Shown here: positions 24,492 through 37,228 of the stretch, piece by piece | How positions within the stretch are numbered: the stretch's first letter is position 1 | How the letters are laid out: every line of letters starts with the position of its first letter | Source: Octopus sinensis | Taxonomy: Eukaryota | Direction: 5' to 3' | Length of the DNA stretch: 64,000 nt | NCBI RefSeq assembly: GCF_006345805.1 | Contig: NW_021832381.1 | Coordinates: 1-64,000 of the forward strand | The notes under the pieces: model-generated | The model's database searches: none | Seen by the model: the letters and a program-made list of their open reading frames with translations, nothing else | What the model was told of the DNA's origin: nothing | Translations under genes and position numbers: made by a program

Positions 24492-27345
24492 ATGAAAGTT
24501 TAATACATTGTAAATCAAATTTCTTTTTCTGCTGCCTAAAGTCTTTGATATATTTTCAGAATAGAATCACAAATTTTAACTCACTCAAAACTAAACATAT
24601 CTCCAAAACTCAAAACCTAAATTCTATAAAGAGGTCATTATCAAAAACCAGAATTAAATATTATTCTCGATTAAGAAAAGTTGTTTATCACCAGAAGCAC
24701 AAAATTAAAACTCCAGAAAAACAAGTAAATAATCACAGAGGAATTAGATCAGATTTTGCCATTAATTCACAAAATAGTCCCACAATTCTCTATAAATCAA
24801 ATATTTGTATTAATGAAGCATTAAGTCCTGCAATCAGACGGAATTCAGGCATAATTGAAAGAAATCCAAACATTAATTTCAATAAGCAAATTCAAGTTAA
24901 AGCACAGTGCAACTTGAATTTGGCAGAAGAATGTGAGAATATCAAATTAAACAACAATTCTCTTCAATCGCGTTCTCAGGAAAAGATTTTTGGAGGTGAA
25001 AACAATCATGCTATTGATTCATCACTTTGGGATGACGAATCTGAACTTTTTGTGACGGAAAATGGTGATCCTGTGGTTACAAGTAAAAAAAGGAAAGGCA
25101 ATTTTGAATCTCTTGGATTTTCTACGGCCTCTGGACGAAAGGTGTGTATTTCCGAAGAATCCCTTTCATTTGTTCGAAATTTGTTGAAGGATGTCTTAGA
25201 AGAGCAGAATCAAGCTGTCACGGAAGATAAAACAATAATTGGGGTGGCAGATCAGTTATTTGATTGCTTTGAAGATTCTAACTTCAAACAGGATGATTCG
25301 AAGGCTGTTTTTGAACAAGAACAAAGATTGGAAGATAAAGTTGACGATTCTTGTTCTCATGCTGATAAAACTCTTTGGAAAATTGGCATTTCTGTACCTT
25401 TGGTAGCTAAAACCGCTTAATTTAGAAAAACTTTACTGGTCGGTATTTTTACGACAAAACGGAGGGTTTTTTGCTGGTGATCCCCAAATCGGTCAGGAAA
25501 ATTCCGATTGTTATAAACAAGTCCGAACTTGCAGTGGTTTATCCAACTTCTGAAGGAAATGTAGGCATTGAAGAAATACATCGGTTTATATGCCTTTGTT
25601 GACATAGATCGCTGGTGTCAATTCCGGGAATTGAACCTGAAAAACTTGACGGCTTATTCATGAAAAGACATTTTCGACATGTAACTTCTAAAGAACGTTT
25701 CCACGATTCGAGAAACAGTCGGTTTTTAATTAAGTTGGTTCATTTTCAGAGTCAGACTAGTGGTTGATATTTTCATTCAACTCTATGTCAGATATCAGAG
25801 AGAAGTTTTATATAAGAGAAAGTAGTTCTTGGCTGTCAATTTTTAGATCTGTTTTGAGTCTTGGATCTGTTTTGAGAATTCCACGCGAGGGTGTAATTGT
25901 GCTTATTTTATGTTCTATTTTGTGTTACGCCGAAGATGTTTGTCATACATTTATTAATTACAGCGACCTCTTTTGGTGGAAGTGAGTGATGGTTGGAATA
26001 GTGTGAAGGCCGAATTGGACGACAGTTTAGGTTTGGCTGTCTTGCATGGTCAGTTCACTGTGGGAAATAAATTTATTTGCTGTTTTTGCGAGTTTAAGAA
26101 GGTAGTAAACTTACATTTGGTTATATAGGTTGCTGGTGATGGCATAACATTGTTTCTATCGTACAATTGTACTAAATCATGTTCCCCTGATACTAAATTG
26201 GGGTTTCAGCACTTAGAAGGTCCATTTCCAGTCCAATTTGGTTGTCTGAGAAAAGGAAAATTTGGTTGTATCAAAGCAAACGTGTTAAGGAAAACACAGA
26301 GAGATTTGCAAGAATTGTTTCTTCTTGCAGAAATTGGAAATTGCAACTCAAAACTAGGTATCGTACATATTTGTGATTTAATGTAGTTGCACGAACGAAC
26401 TTGAATAGATTTGATTTGGCTGAAGGTTCGAATGTTCGATTTATGTACGGAGAGGTAGTCTCTTATGAAGAAGGATTCGAACTGAGATTTAACTCAAACA
26501 CAAAACTCGATATTTTAAGTAGAGAGGATCTTCCTTGTCGGAATCCAATTTCGATTGATCAGTTTCCTACTTTTTGTCGCCCTGGTGAGGAGTTTGACGG
26601 CGTTTATTTGGTCGTCGCGAAAGATAATGCTTCGATTCAAATCACCGACGAGTCTAAATTGAGGACTAAATTGTCATTCCATCCACGTGCTGTTAGTTTG
26701 ATTTTATTTATTTTAGATCGGCGTTTTTGATAGGCAGATTGTAATCGGACATGTTCTATTTTTTCTAAACCTCCAATGGAATTCAAAGCGGGAAATTTTG
26801 ATTACTGAATTTACTAACATAAGCACTACATGCCCACCTATTGATTCTTTCAGAACTATGGCAGAAAATATTTTTTCGAAATTAAACATTTCTCCTCTTG
26901 CTCTTGAATTTGAACAGATAAATGATTATTCAGTTGTTCACAAACGTCGGAGACGTAGTCATTTTGGCTTTGTCAACAAACGCACTGATAATTGTGTTTT
27001 TAATTTGAGAAAAACCGTCGAAAGAAGGAGTTCTATTTAGTCCGTTATATGTATTAGTTTTGTTTACCAATACAAAATTTTGTTTTTTAATTCGGAAGTG
27101 AACTAAGAAAATTGTTTTAAATTTAATAGGTGAATAATACAAACTAGCGAACTGCAGAGAGGATAGTATAGCTTCATTTCTTATTACCGCAAGGCTAAGG
27201 CGATTCGAACTTTCCTTTTCTTTGTTCAGATTAATGATTAAATCAGTTTTTAACTATTCAACGCGTTGGCGACAGAACATGGATTAAACGTGAACAAGAT
27301 GACGTGCGACAGGAATTAACGCAAAAGCGTCCTAAGGATAGTTAA
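24492..27345 (+). CDS. BRCA2: BRCA2-like protein: one BRC repeat, helical domain and OB folds; start codon tentative
   Basis: BRC repeat GFSTASGRKVCISEESLSFVRNLLKD (~25115-25192). Helical domain VYPTSEGNVGIEEIHRSLVSIPGIEPEKL. QLYVRYQREV. OB1 VEVSDGWNSVKAELD...FTVGNK and CTKSCSPDTKLGF. Confidence 0.85.
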
Positions 27346-27369
27346 GTAAGCCATATTCAGCCGATTTCG

Positions 27370-27700
27370 GTTATTGTTAGTTTTATTGATAAAATTACTC
27401 CACGAGTCCCTGTCCTTAACCAGCTCTTCAATCTCCAAAAAACGATGTCCGGCTATTTTAATGACTTTTGATGATCAACTTAATTTTCGTCTTCCTTGTT
27501 TCTTCTTTCCGGTAAACGGAGATGGCAAGATTTTCTTTTCTATACCATCACGCAGAAGCACGAGTTTCAAGTATGATAATTGTTGTTTCCATATATTTGC
27601 CAATATGAAAATCGTGACTTCAAACTTTTCCAAACTTTTTGTCGCGACTGAAAGTTTTTTAAAATGTAATTAATGACATAAGAGACGGCAATAACACCTT
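27370..27700 (-). mobile_element. 3' remnant of an RTE-like non-LTR element
   Basis: QQLSYLKLVLLRD...GKKKQGRRKLS*...LVKDRDSW resembles the RTE C-terminal G.R..GRP...W...A.DR..W signature. Confidence 0.5.
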
Positions 27701-27899
27701 TGAAAAAATCAGATGCAATATTCTAACTTCGATGGTTTTATCACGGTGGTAGTAGTTTTTTCTAAGTCTGAAGAAGAGGGGATGAGTTTGTGCTGATGAT
27801 TCATTCCAGCACCTACATTATCTATAGTTTTCTTACATACAGTGAGTTCTAAAAGTTATGAGATGTCGATGTGGGTCATTTTCTTGTGGAGATGTCTAA

Positions 27900-29460
27900 A
27901 TGTTACTATTCACGTAACAACAAAAAAGCCCCCCAATTTCTTCCTCATCAGTGAATTGGTCATCTGATTCGCTCTTGGCAGCTATTGCGCGGGCACAAAG
28001 TCCTACCCGTTGCATCTGCTCTCGGTGACATTAAATCAAATCCAAGACCAAAGGATCATGGACATTTCCTTACCATCACGCAATTGAACACAAAACTTTC
28101 CTTTTTCATGTCAACAAATCAGATTAGCTTGGGCTTATACAGGAGAAGAGGCCAACCCCCCTCATTGACTCTCCCAAATTCAGATATATTTGACTGTTCG
28201 AGCTGATTGACTTTGTGGCAGTGATGTAGCGGTGTCCTCACTTTTGTCAAAAACTTAATTCCGTTCACGGACTCAACAGCTGCTATTTGTCTCTAGTATA
28301 CCAAAACATGCACATTGAACTTACATAAGTCATAGTGGATATTAACGCCTCTCATTACACACTGATGAACATATACATCTCTTTTTCCTCCTGCTGCAAA
28401 ATTGGTTATCGTCTCAACCTATCCAGATTGCTAGCAATAAAAACCCCATTCTTTGTGGTGATCTCAATTTAAAGAACCTACTATGTCTCTCTAACCAACC
28501 TTAGGATCAAAGAGGCGATCAAGGAATTTCTTGATCTAAAGGACCTAGTCATAATGAACGATCCTCGGTACTATACACGAAACGGGAGTTGCCCTGGTGA
28601 CCCAACCACCTCTCCCAACCTTACCTTGCGCTGCCCATAAATTTTTGTTAGGACTTTTTGGAAGATCGTTTAATATTTCCCACCTGATCACAACCCTATT
28701 TTGATTGAAATCGAATTAATATCAGCACGTGATATAAAAAAGACAATTACAGGCATGGCCTATCCTCTTCTATTGATCTATTCTTTTCTTCCATTTGCAA
28801 AATCACAGAATAGTTTTCATCTAACATTAACTCAATTTATCGCAGACGGATTTAACAATTTTAAAATTCCCTAAATAACTACAGTGGGCGCAAAAAACTG
28901 GTTTTCTAAATTCTCGATTTTTTTATATTGTATGATACGTCAATTTTTTAAAATTTGTAATTCTCGTAAACTCTATGCCTTTTTTAATTAGTTTTTATCT
29001 TGGCACACTCTTGAATAAATTTCTTTATCCCTCAGATAATTGCCGATTTGAAAAAAATTTTCCTGTCAAAGAATTGAGATCCGTTTACGGGTCAGAAGCA
29101 GATTTTTCCTGATTTTCCGAAACAAGCGTAATAATGTATTCAAATCTTCATTATTAAGAGTTTACTTTACGAGAATTACAAATTTTAAAAAATTGACATA
29201 TCATACAATATAAAAAATTTGAGAAATTAGAAAACCAATTTTTTTGCGTCCACTGTATACTTGTTTCGGTCGATCTTACTAAAGCTTTTGGTCGCACTTC
29301 GAAACTCGTTCTGAGTAATAAAATTGATATGACCGATATTCAACAACTCTGAAACATTGGATAACAATTTTTTATCAGCTCGCATGAGCCAAACAAAGGT
29401 CAAAGAATAGGGGTCCCGCTCGTCTACAGGCGAGTTGTCGCTCAACGGATCAGATTATGC
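27900..29460 (+). mobile_element. Decayed APE-type LINE (knuckle, APE and RT fragments), interrupted by a MITE
   Basis: PILCGDLNLKN (APE), DLVIMND, and LVSVDLTKAFG...QFLSAR (RT) immediately right of the MITE. Confidence 0.6.
28882..29255. mobile_element. Tc1/mariner-type MITE with long (~100 bp) imperfect TIRs
   Basis: TA|CAGTGGGCGCAAAAAA...TTTTTTGCGTCCACTG|TA. The inverted similarity extends through CTCGTAAA / TTTACGAG. No coding capacity. Confidence 0.85.
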
Positions 29461-29707
29461 AGTCTTTATTTGCTTTTACTGGTAATTATGAAATTATTTT
29501 ACGATAAGGAGAAAATGAATACGAAGAGGTAAATTTTATGTATCAAGAAAGCGAAGAAGTGAATAGAATGCAAGAAGACGTACGTGGGTGAATAATATGA
29601 ACTTTTATCCAAAAAAAGACATAAAAAACACTAATATGGTATAATTGGAGTAAGGTATATCTATTTAGTTATTTTTTATTTATTTTTATAAATTTTTAAA
29701 AAGTGAC

Positions 29708-30130
29708 TCACGTCCGACGTGACGCACGTCTGGACTGTGACATGTTGTTATCAAGGAAAGTTATATTTTCTTCAAAACCGTCGTCCTCTTGGGACATCAT
29801 TCCATGTTTATAATCGATGCACATACTTTCAAGAGTCTTCTTCATGATAATAGTTTGGATGTATGCTCTTACAGGGTACTCAATTTTCAGACCATTCTGG
29901 TATTGTTTGTAGTATTTACTGACAATGGCATCCCACGTTAATACTATGGGTACTATATTCACTTTTGCTTTGTGGATTAAAGCCAATTCACTTGCTAAGA
30001 GATCATACTTGTGGGATTTTTCGATTTCGACTTTTTTAAGAATTTGCTGCAAAGTTATTCCAATTTCGATTAGTGTAATCGTATTCTTAATTTTATCCCA
30101 CACGAAAGTGTCGGGCTTGTTGTTATGAAC
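29708..30130 (-). mobile_element. RLE domain of an R4/NeSL-like retrotransposon (3' end)
   Basis: PDTFVWDKIKNTITLIEIGIT...EIEKSHKYDLLASEL...IVPIVLTWDAIV...AYIQTIIMKKTLESM is PD-(D/E)xK-type. Confidence 0.85.
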
Positions 30131-30135
30131 GTGTA

Positions 30136-30275
30136 ATGACGTTAAAAGTATTCTGTCATAAGGAATGGGATAAAATTTCCACGAGCGAATGCTTTAAATT
30201 AATAGAAACGTACAAAAAAATTAGAGGCAGTAATCGTTGCGAAAGGTCATGCAATAAAATATTAATGACATACCG
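30136..30275 (+). mobile_element. Tc1 transposase C-terminal fragment
   Basis: LKVFCHKEWDKISTSECFKLIETY resembles the Tc1 tail L..FC.EEW.KI....C.KLI.SY. Confidence 0.6.
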
Positions 30276-30625
30276 TATTAACACTTGTTGCACATTAAAT
30301 AACACTAATAAATTTAAAAATGGTCATTTCCTAGCCACTTATTAACATTTTAAAAATTTAAAATCATTTTCCATATCTTCTTAAATCAGTCCTGTATGAG
30401 ATGTCTTATTCTAGATGAATCCTAGTTTCAATCCTTTAAAAGATTGGAGTAAGCTGAAGCTAGCTTGCCCAGAACACTGGTTAAATTCAGGGCATAGGCA
30501 GTTAGTTTTAAATATTATTCACAAAGATTAACATTCAAAAACGGTTTTAATCCCAAAATAAGTGTCAGTTTATAAAATAAAAAAGCCGATTTAATACTCG
30601 AATAAACATTAAGAACAAATTCATG

Positions 30626-33020
30626 TTAAATCATCCCAAGCATACGATCAATGCAATTAGAAAATTGATCCCGAGTAGATCCTTCTTGAAAACGTGCACA
30701 AAAAACAGTATCAAGTAAAGGATATCTGTCAGGCTCAAGGGACCGAAAAGTAAAAGCATTATGATCCTTTTTAGATCCATTCCAATTTCGCGTAATAGGA
30801 AAAAGGAGTATTTTCTCGTCCTACAGAACAATAATCAAATTATTAACACGTTTTTGCTGAGCTTCAAAAAAGAGCGACCCGATTCCGTATAAATTGACAT
30901 GTCTCCGTTACCCAAAGACTTATAGCTTGATGTCGCCTGTTCGAAAAAATAAATTTTTCCAGGAGAAGAGAACACCACATTTACACTTGAAGACATTCCA
31001 CCAAATGATGGCTGAAATGTCGACTGGTTTACTTGAAAAGATGATTTTGGAGCATCCAACAACTCATTGAACGTTTTCAAAGATTGAGGAAGTGACTCCC
31101 CTCCAAATATACTGGACTCTGATTTGGCAAATGAAGAAAACGATGAAATCATCCCTTGTCCAAAGGAGTCAGATTCTTTAGGCTTAGACGACATCCACGA
31201 CATGTCCGATTTATTAAAAAAACTAGCTTGAGTAGCATTTCCAGATTTGGTTTCGCCTGGCTGCAAAAACGAAAAATTCGTAGAAACAGGAACAGATGGA
31301 GTACTTGTATTACCCCAGATGGATCCCTGCGTACTCTTTGCAAAAAAATTATTTCCAGACTTTTCAAAAGTAGAGGACTCGTTTTTATTAGCATCCTGAC
31401 TCGTACACCACCAATTCGAACTCTCTTTTATGGGAGTATTCCCCCAAAATGACCCCTGAGTACTACTCTCTTGACGGGGCCCCGATAAGTTTGTCCCTGA
31501 TATGGGAGTGTTCCCCCAAAATGACCCCTGAGTATTACTCTCTTTATGGGCCCCCGACAAGGATGTCTCTGATATGGGTGTGTTCCCCCAAAATGATCCT
31601 GCTGTACTACTCTCTTGACGGGCCCCAGGGGAGGATGTCGCAGATATGGGAGTGTTCCCCCAAAATGATCCTCCTGCACTACTCTCTTGACGGAACCCCG
31701 ACAAGGATCTCTCTGACATGGGAGTGTTCCCCCAAAAAGATCCTGGTGCACTACTCACTTGATGTACCCCCGATAAAGATGTTTCTGATGTGGGAGTGTT
31801 TCCGTGATGCGATGAGTCGAAAATACTTCTTTCAGAAAATCCAGTTGAGACTACAGGAGACTTTCCAAATATAGACGGAATAGCTGGTGAAGCAGGAGAA
31901 TCTTCCATTTTCACCGAAATAGGAATTTGAGTAGCCAGGGAAGTGAAAGTACTGATATCCGATGTATTCTTATTGGTAATTGGAATTCCCGTTATGCTCG
32001 GAACAGGTTTCTCAAAAAACGGATTCGTATTTGTGTCGAGAATTGTTTCTGCTGATTTTGGAAAAATGCCAAAATTGGTATTTACAGTAGGATATGCCGA
32101 TTCCGTTAAGAACGGCGACGAGAAAACAGTATTTTCCTTTTTTGGTGTCAAAGTTTCTTTATTCACGGAAGGATTAACTTCCGCGAAGAAACCTTTTGCC
32201 GAACTAGTTTGAATATTCTCTTTAAAGTAAGAAAAAAGAATCAACTTGTAATATCTGTGAATTCGGTCGTCTTTATGACAACACTGTTCTCCATTTTAAA
32301 AAATTGTGGTTCAACATTAGCAAAAAGCGATTCCGCGTTCTTTACAAGACCAGTACTAACAAAAAATTAAAAAGTAATTCGCGTACAGAGACTTCAAATA
32401 ATTTCCATAAAAATTCAAAGAGTCGTCATTTATCTTCCCAATGTCGCTTCTCTTATCCTTTACTACAAACTGAGACTTTTGAATTTACCTAAAATCGGCA
32501 ACTCAGGAAAGAACACTTCATTTGAATTCTCCTCGGATTCCAAATGCTGTTTGTTCATTTTAAATAAAAAACCTTGCTAACTTCCAACTTCAAATCTTGG
32601 ATCCAAGATGGGACCTCAACTTTATGTTGAATTGGCATCTCATTAGATTTATTGGTTTGATTTGAATCCACTTGAGTTGATTTATCCTGGTTTTGAGACT
32701 TTTATAAGTTTGTTTTTTTACTTTTTTAGAATAATTCGAGTAACGATCGAAGAGCACAGTTGCTTTAGCTTTTAAACTATGACTGTCGTTATTTGTTGAA
32801 TTATTTTGTGTTATTTCTTTTTTGATTTCAATTGGCTGTAGTTGCTTGTTGGATATCTCTTGAATTTTTTCAAATATTTTCTGTTGAGTTTTATAGTGTG
32901 TAAATATTCTTTTAATTTTTAATATAATGAATACTTATTTATTGTGCATTCTGAGCATTGCTTTATTTCATTGTATATTCTTTCATTTTCAATCTGTAAA
33001 CTTTCTAAAGTTACCAACAT
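30626..33020 (-). CDS. Nucleoporin-like protein: coiled-coil-like N-terminus, S/T/G/F-rich region with 24-aa SFWGNTP repeats, C-terminal RanBD/PH-like domain; start tentative
   Basis: Short GT-AG introns restore a continuous frame in the exons I could resolve. The 469-aa exon carries the repeats. The C-terminus VVFSSPGKIYFFEQATSSYKSLGNGDMSI...VFCARFQEGSTRDQFSNCI resembles a divergent RanBD1. Confidence 0.6.
31440..31800 (-). repeat. 72-bp coding tandem repeat (five clear units plus degenerate flanking units)
   Basis: CCCCCAAAA anchors at 31441, 31513, 31585, 31657 and 31729, exactly 72 bp apart. The unit encodes about SSxxGSFWGNTPISxxSLSGxRQE. Confidence 0.95.
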
Positions 33021-33199
33021 CAGAAGAGTTGTACAAAGTTGTAGTTTATAATTTATTTCGTTTTTAAATTAATATATTAATTAACTATCGATAATTAAAA
33101 ATTCAGATATTAATCAATTAAACTTCTCCTTCTGGTCGCTACATCCTGTATTCGCAAAGTGATTCAGGTAAGCAAGCCCGCCTTTTTTCCTTCAAGGTA

Positions 33200-33620
33200 C
33201 TGACAGACACTGGGAATGTTTAAGACACACTTATTTGGTGACAAATCTCGTTTATTCATTCATTTTTCCAGTTCTTTCCCACGGTTTAACTCTGTTTTTA
33301 TAAGAAAAAATCATGCTCTCAAGGGTTTTCTTTATAGTGAGTGATTGAATGTATGCGTGCCTTCTCTCACTGATGTTAAGCGAACGTGCATATTGTAGAA
33401 ATCTTTGAGTAACCAGCATATCCCATGTTAATACACTGGGTACTATTCTCACTCTCGCATGATAGATTAATTCCAGCTCTTTGGATAGGAGGTCATATTT
33501 CCTCATTTTTTCGATTTCCACTTGCCGTAAGTTTTGGGAAGATGTTATCTCAACTTCTACCAACAAAATTTGATTCATTATCTTGTCGAAAACAAACAAA
33601 TCGGATGAGGAGAATCGAGG
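33200..33620 (-). mobile_element. RLE domain of an R4/NeSL-like retrotransposon (3' end)
   Basis: DLFVFDKIMNQILLVEVEITSSQNLRQVEIEKMRKYDLLSKEL...VLTWDMLVT...AYIQSLTIKKTLESM; paralogous to 29708-30130. Confidence 0.85.
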
Positions 33621-34434
33621 AGGTCCAATTAAGAGCAGACAGATTAACCGAACGTTAGTTTATGGTAACAAAAATTCCTGGCCGACTCCTCTGGAGGATC
33701 TGATTAAGCAGAACTCCAGACGCCACGAGTTTCCTAGCGTCGTAACAGGCATACAACAACAAAAAAGAAAACTTATAAGATAATGACTCATAATTCGAAA
33801 TTAATTAGAAAAATTAATTTTGTTGTTCTCTTTTAAGTTCTTTTTTTGTGGCTGGCGCAAGCAAAACCTTAATCATCTACAGGCGTTTGGTTAGTTGTTA
33901 AAGTTCCTATTCACAATGTTATTAGAAAATCCTGAGAGTTTCTCTGCAAGTTCTGATAGGCTATGCTTTACCTGCTAAAGTTTAGCAGCTCGAAGCGGAT
34001 GTTGTTAGATCGCAGAGATCGATTATTTTGCGACGAACTCTGCTTGTCCAGTACGATTTTTATTTAATTTTCCGTCTTAGTCATAAAACAGGTTTCCCTA
34101 ATTGATTTCCCTAACTGTTTTCAGTGATTCGACCTCCTTTTATGTAGTCAATTATTATAGTGCTGTTTTTATAAATTTTATTTCCCTCTGTACTAGCTTT
34201 TGTTAGTGTTTAAGCTTGTTGTGGATCCAAGGTATTTTTAAATTCGATCTTCATTTCCTTCAGTAATTTCGGGAAATCAGCACAGCTGGATAATTTACTG
34301 GCGGATAAGTTTTTGTTCTCGTAGGTGTTTGTTTTCTTCTACAGTTTCAAGTCACTCTCCCTGAAAATGTTAGTTTGAAAATATCTTTTAAAAAATCGTG
34401 TTTATATATAAAAAATTATAATATAATTTTTAAA

Positions 34435-37228
34435 TCACAAATTTTCTAGGCCAGCGAACTCGAAAAATCTTGATATTGCCAATAATATCAGCCGTGACAA
34501 ACACTTCACCAAAGTTATTTATCGCCTTTGCAAAATATTCAAGACGAGGAGCAAAAACTGCACAGGAAACAGTGACAGAATGTGCTATAAATGATGTTGA
34601 ATAACCAAACCTCGAATACTCTCATAATTATTATTCTTGTCTCTTCTGGAAAATTTTGTTGACGAAACATTTCTATTGGTCTTCCAAAGAAATACTCTGC
34701 TGTTATCTGATCCAGAAATAATATACTTGCCAGAATGACTAGAACATTAAAATGGCAATTAAACTTAAAAGATGCTTTAATCTGACTGTTCAAGTTACAT
34801 GTGCCTTTGTACTTGCATGTTAAGGAAAGGTCTCTTAGATCGTACAGTCGGATCCGGGAATCATTACATGAAATAAGCACCAAAAATAAAATAAAAAAAC
34901 AACTTTATTCGAACAATGAGGCATTTGGACGATTCCCGTTATTTTGGGATTTGTGTTCTTCCCTGACCCCTTGATTTGTATTTGCGTGTAGTAGCGGAGT
35001 TGCTTTAAAATCACCGACTTGAAAGTAACCGAACTGTGATAGAACAAACAAGTTCCTGAAAAAGTTCCAATCGCCACAAAACGGCCATTTCGACAGAAGT
35101 TGACTGCAGTGATGAGCTTGGTGGAATTTCCGTCCAGTTTGTTCCAAACGGACACTTTTTTGTCAGGAATATTCCATATCCGGACAATTCCATCAAGTGA
35201 GCCACTTACAAAATATCTCTCGTCCTTAAATAATAAATAGAATATAACTTGTGGGTGAAAAGCAACAGAAGGGACGCAGTCTCCATGCCGAAAACAGCAC
35301 AAACAAGTGTCGTGGAACACATTAAAGAGCTTCACCGTCATGTCCATCGAAGAAGAAACCAAAAAATGTTTCTAAATTAAATTTCCGCATATGTCAAAAA
35401 TGATAAATATAAATGATATATTAAACAAATCAAACATACTTTAGACCACGATATCGAAAGAATGTCAGACTCGTGAGCATTAAATGATATAAATGGTTCA
35501 TTTACGAACGAATTTGCGTTCACTGGAGACCTTTCGTTTGTATTGGATGTATAAATTGAGTAGATACTTTTCTGTCCGTCATTCTACTGATAGACTATGT
35601 TCAAATACGTTTGAATAGTCGGAGAAATTATAAGATGATGCAATCGAGTAGGAATCAGTCATCAGTGAGGAATAGGAAAGACGATTTCTAAAATCTAAGA
35701 TAATATGAAATCACGAAAACCATCAGAACTAAGTTCCTTTGAACAAATTTTATTTTTCCCCATTTCTTCAGAACACTCTTTCGCCACCCAAACATTGACA
35801 ACTCCATCTTGCCCACCACTCGCCTGCGATAAGTCAAACAATCAAAACCAAAAACATCCCACAACGCGAGAACTCCAAAGCCCAAATGGCACCCTTAAAA
35901 TAACTAGTTTGAAAACGAACCAAATGCCTGCCTTCAATCAGCTGAATGCATTTTGTATTATGGAAATATGAGGACATGCTGTGTTTCTTCTTTGCTTTAT
36001 ACTTTTTGTATTAATAGATTTATTACTTTTATATGATCGGAACAGGTGCTGTCGTCTTCGCTGATTATAGAATCATCACTTTTGACTACTAAAACAGGAT
36101 AGTAGTGTAAACAACCTTTCTGAGCAGCTTTCCCCACAAGAGCAACAATTCGAGTACTAAAGTAAATATTCTTTAAGGAAACCTCTGTTTTTTAATAAGT
36201 TGTGCCGCGTTTTTAAAAATTGATCGTTTCTCAGTTAACCTCGGTAAACTATTAAATTATTTGAATACAAGTAAAGAGTACTTGTTTAATTCTTCTATTT
36301 CTCGATTTTTCAGTTCGAGTCTTTCTTTTAAAGGGTTTCCAAAAGTCGGTCTCGAATTGTGGATTGCTGTCACCGAGCTAGAAACTAATTCCTTGCTCCA
36401 TCGATTTGAGTCATCACACTATAAAATAATTATTTATCAAAAATTAAAGTATTTCGTTGAAATAGAATACAATTAAATCAGTTTGATCGACTTGCAAAGA
36501 TTGCGTATTAACACAGCTCTCTTCACAAAACTAAAATTATAAACAAAACAATGACCAAAGTACTTCTCCTATGCTCTGGGACAGTCACTTTTTCTTCAGG
36601 ACTGTGTCTAAATGTATCACTCATTTTAGAAAACTGATCGGTCAAATTTTCTGCAATGTTCAAATTTCTAAGCATTTCTTCGTTCTGAAGAATTTAATTA
36701 ATCAAGATAAGCCTTCATTCGTTGAACCAAAAACAATCTTCTGTTTAGTTCAGCGTCTTCTTGCAGTCTTCTACACAATAAATATATTTAATTCATCATT
36801 TTTAATTATAAAATCGGAGCAAACTTACTCTTTCTCTTTTTTACGTTTGATGTTTAATAGAAATTCTTCTTCCATACTTATTTCTGCTAAACTCTTATGA
36901 TGACAAAGCTCAGGGGATTTTTGGTGATTTTTGGTGACGAAGGCATTTTCGCTAGAGAATTGCATAGAACAGGCTGCACAAAGACAGGTTGGGGAAAACG
37001 GAGTCTAGTTGTTATTATGGTTGATACTGGGAGCGAGGAAGCATCTCGACTTGATTTGATTGGAGACAGATTATTCTCCGAAAATGTCAGTGGAGTCTCG
37101 GCTGTGCAGTAACTTGACTTTTTGATGCATATTTGATGGTTTTGAGTTGTATTTTCTTCGCTAGTAAAACTTGATTTTGAACCTTCGGCATCGTAAAACA
37201 TGTCCAAGTCTATATTCATGGACGACAT
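34435..37228 (-). CDS. WDR44: WD-repeat protein 44 (Rab11-binding protein/rabphilin-11), multi-exon
   Basis: N-terminal DMFYDAE. SSSMDMTVKLF...CLCCFRH, DERYFVSGSLDGIVRIWNIPDKKVSVWN, LITAVNFCRNG, KITGI and NDSRIRLYDLRDLSLTCKYKG...SQIKASF match WDR44. Confidence 0.93.

Noticed and set aside
31440-31800. Regularly spaced repeats resembling a CRISPR array
   Set aside because: Units are contiguous tandem copies that keep a protein frame, with no unique spacers and no cas genes, in a eukaryotic context.
31149-31874. Overlapping alternative-frame and antisense ORFs (107 aa, 141 aa and others) with repeated HFGGTLP / WECSPK motifs
   Set aside because: By-products of the stop-poor 72-bp coding repeat; only the frame continuous with the flanking exons is supported.
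33620-34400. Possible N-terminal part of the RLE retrotransposon
   Set aside because: Only faint similarity (NIRFELL); too degenerate to support.
1726-37228. Functional clustering of two Rab11 effectors (FIP-like and WDR44)
   Set aside because: They are over 30 kb apart with unrelated genes between; chance co-location is sufficient.
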